A DNA stretch of 64,000 nucleotides from an uncultured Chlamydiales bacterium (GTDB lineage Bacteria; Chlamydiota; Chlamydiia; Chlamydiales; Rhabdochlamydiaceae): assembly GCA_963700985.1 (NCBI GenBank), contig OY969554.1, forward strand, positions 800,001 to 864,000, read 5' to 3'. The notes beneath the pieces were generated by a model that was given only the letters and a program-made list of their open reading frames with translations, did not search any database and was not told where the DNA came from. Each line of letters starts with the position of its first letter. Within the stretch, counting starts at the first letter, position 1. Shown piece by piece: positions 63,118 to 64,000 of the stretch. The translations under genes and the position numbers were made by a program.

Positions 63118-64000
63118 ATGAAAAATTGGACTTTTGCAGCACTTATCGTTTTGAGCCCTCTTTCTGCATTTGCAGAAGAAGAGACTTTTGTGCAGGAAAA
63201 ATCTGCCTTAACCGTTAAGGGATTACTACTTGTTCCGAAACAGGCTGAAAAACTAGATCTAAGCGAAACTCAGGGCGTACAGATCCGTGATCTGGAGATC
63301 CCTGGCAGCGCAAAAGTATTGGCCAAGCTCCTCTCTTCGCACGCCATCGGCAAACCCCTGACTCCAGAGCTTCTGCGCGAAATTAAACAAGTCATCATTC
63401 GCTATTACCGCGCACAAAATCATCCGGTAGTTACCGTGCTCATTCCAGAACAGGATATCTCGGATGGCGTCATAGAGGTTATTATCATTGAAGGCAGGCT
63501 GGGTAAAATTGTCTGCAAAGGTAATCGCTGGTTCAGCGATAAGCTAATCCAAAACTTCCTAGATATCGATCCTGGTGAGATCATCACCGACGATACCCTG
63601 CTCACAGATGTGACCTGGATGAACCGCAACCCTTTCCGACGCACGGATATTTTATTCACACCAGGTGAAGAATTTGGCACCACAGATGTCGAACTTGTAA
63701 CACGAGATCGCTTCCCCTTAAGATTTTATACGGGCGGAGACGATACAGGTAATGAGGCTACTGGAAATGAGCGCTGGTTTGCCGGCTTTCAATGGGGTAA
63801 TGCCTTCTTCTGCGATCATCTGCTCAACTATCAATATACGACCTCTTCAGACTTTCACGACTTCCAAGCCCACACTGTGAATTATAATGCACCCCTCCCC
63901 TGGCGTCACATTCTGATTCTCTTTGGCGGTTATGGCATGGTTCATCCCGATCTGAGATCTCGCGATAATGATCTAGGAGATTTTAAAAGCCATGGACATA
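63118..64000 (+). CDS. TpsB (ShlB/FhaC) transporter, partial (runs off the window)
   Basis: Not in the ORF track; MKNWTFAALIV signal, POTRA motif YYRAQNHPV.TVLIPEQDISDGVIEVIIIEGRLG, DDTG at the barrel start. Confidence 0.9.
   Translation, partial: MKNWTFAALIVLSPLSAFAEEETFVQEKSALTVKGLLLVPKQAEKLDLSETQGVQIRDLEIPGSAKVLAKLLSSHAIGKPLTPELLREIKQVIIRYYRAQNHPVVTVLIPEQDISDGVIEVIIIEGRLGKIVCKGNRWFSDKLIQNFLDIDPGEIITDDTLLTDVTWMNRNPFRRTDILFTPGEEFGTTDVELVTRDRFPLRFYTGGDDTGNEATGNERWFAGFQWGNAFFCDHLLNYQYTTSSDFHDFQAHTVNYNAPLPWRHILILFGGYGMVHPDLRSRDNDLGDFKSHGH

Overview
Chromosomal window from an environmental member of the Chlamydiota. The 16S gene carries the chlamydial signatures AGAATTTGATCTTGGTTCAG and CGGCGTGGATGAGGCAT; the family cannot be resolved by eye. 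The housekeeping backbone comprises rpsO-pnp, ftsH-tilS, lptFG-lpxT, dsbAB, rplM-rpsI, miaB, ligA-glgB, mtaB, radC-hflX and mdh-gltA. Accessory content: (1) a ~9.9 kb island between pnp and ftsH, bounded by ~230-350 bp structured repeats and carrying an orphan DUF2442 antitoxin and a 2.7k-aa autotransporter; (2) three tandem arrays of probable host-directed effectors: three F-box-like/LRR genes, four paralogues (one decayed) of an unrecognised family with a conserved Cys-containing amphipathic C-tail, and two F-box/RNI-like LRR genes; (3) several MITE or palindromic element families, one with a filled-versus-empty site pair inside the window; (4) a stand-alone 16S-tRNA(Ala)-tRNA(Ile) unit with no 23S gene; (5) two toxin-antitoxin loci whose toxins appear deleted; (6) a two-partner secretion pair at the right edge. 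All calls come from reading motifs by eye; no searches were run.
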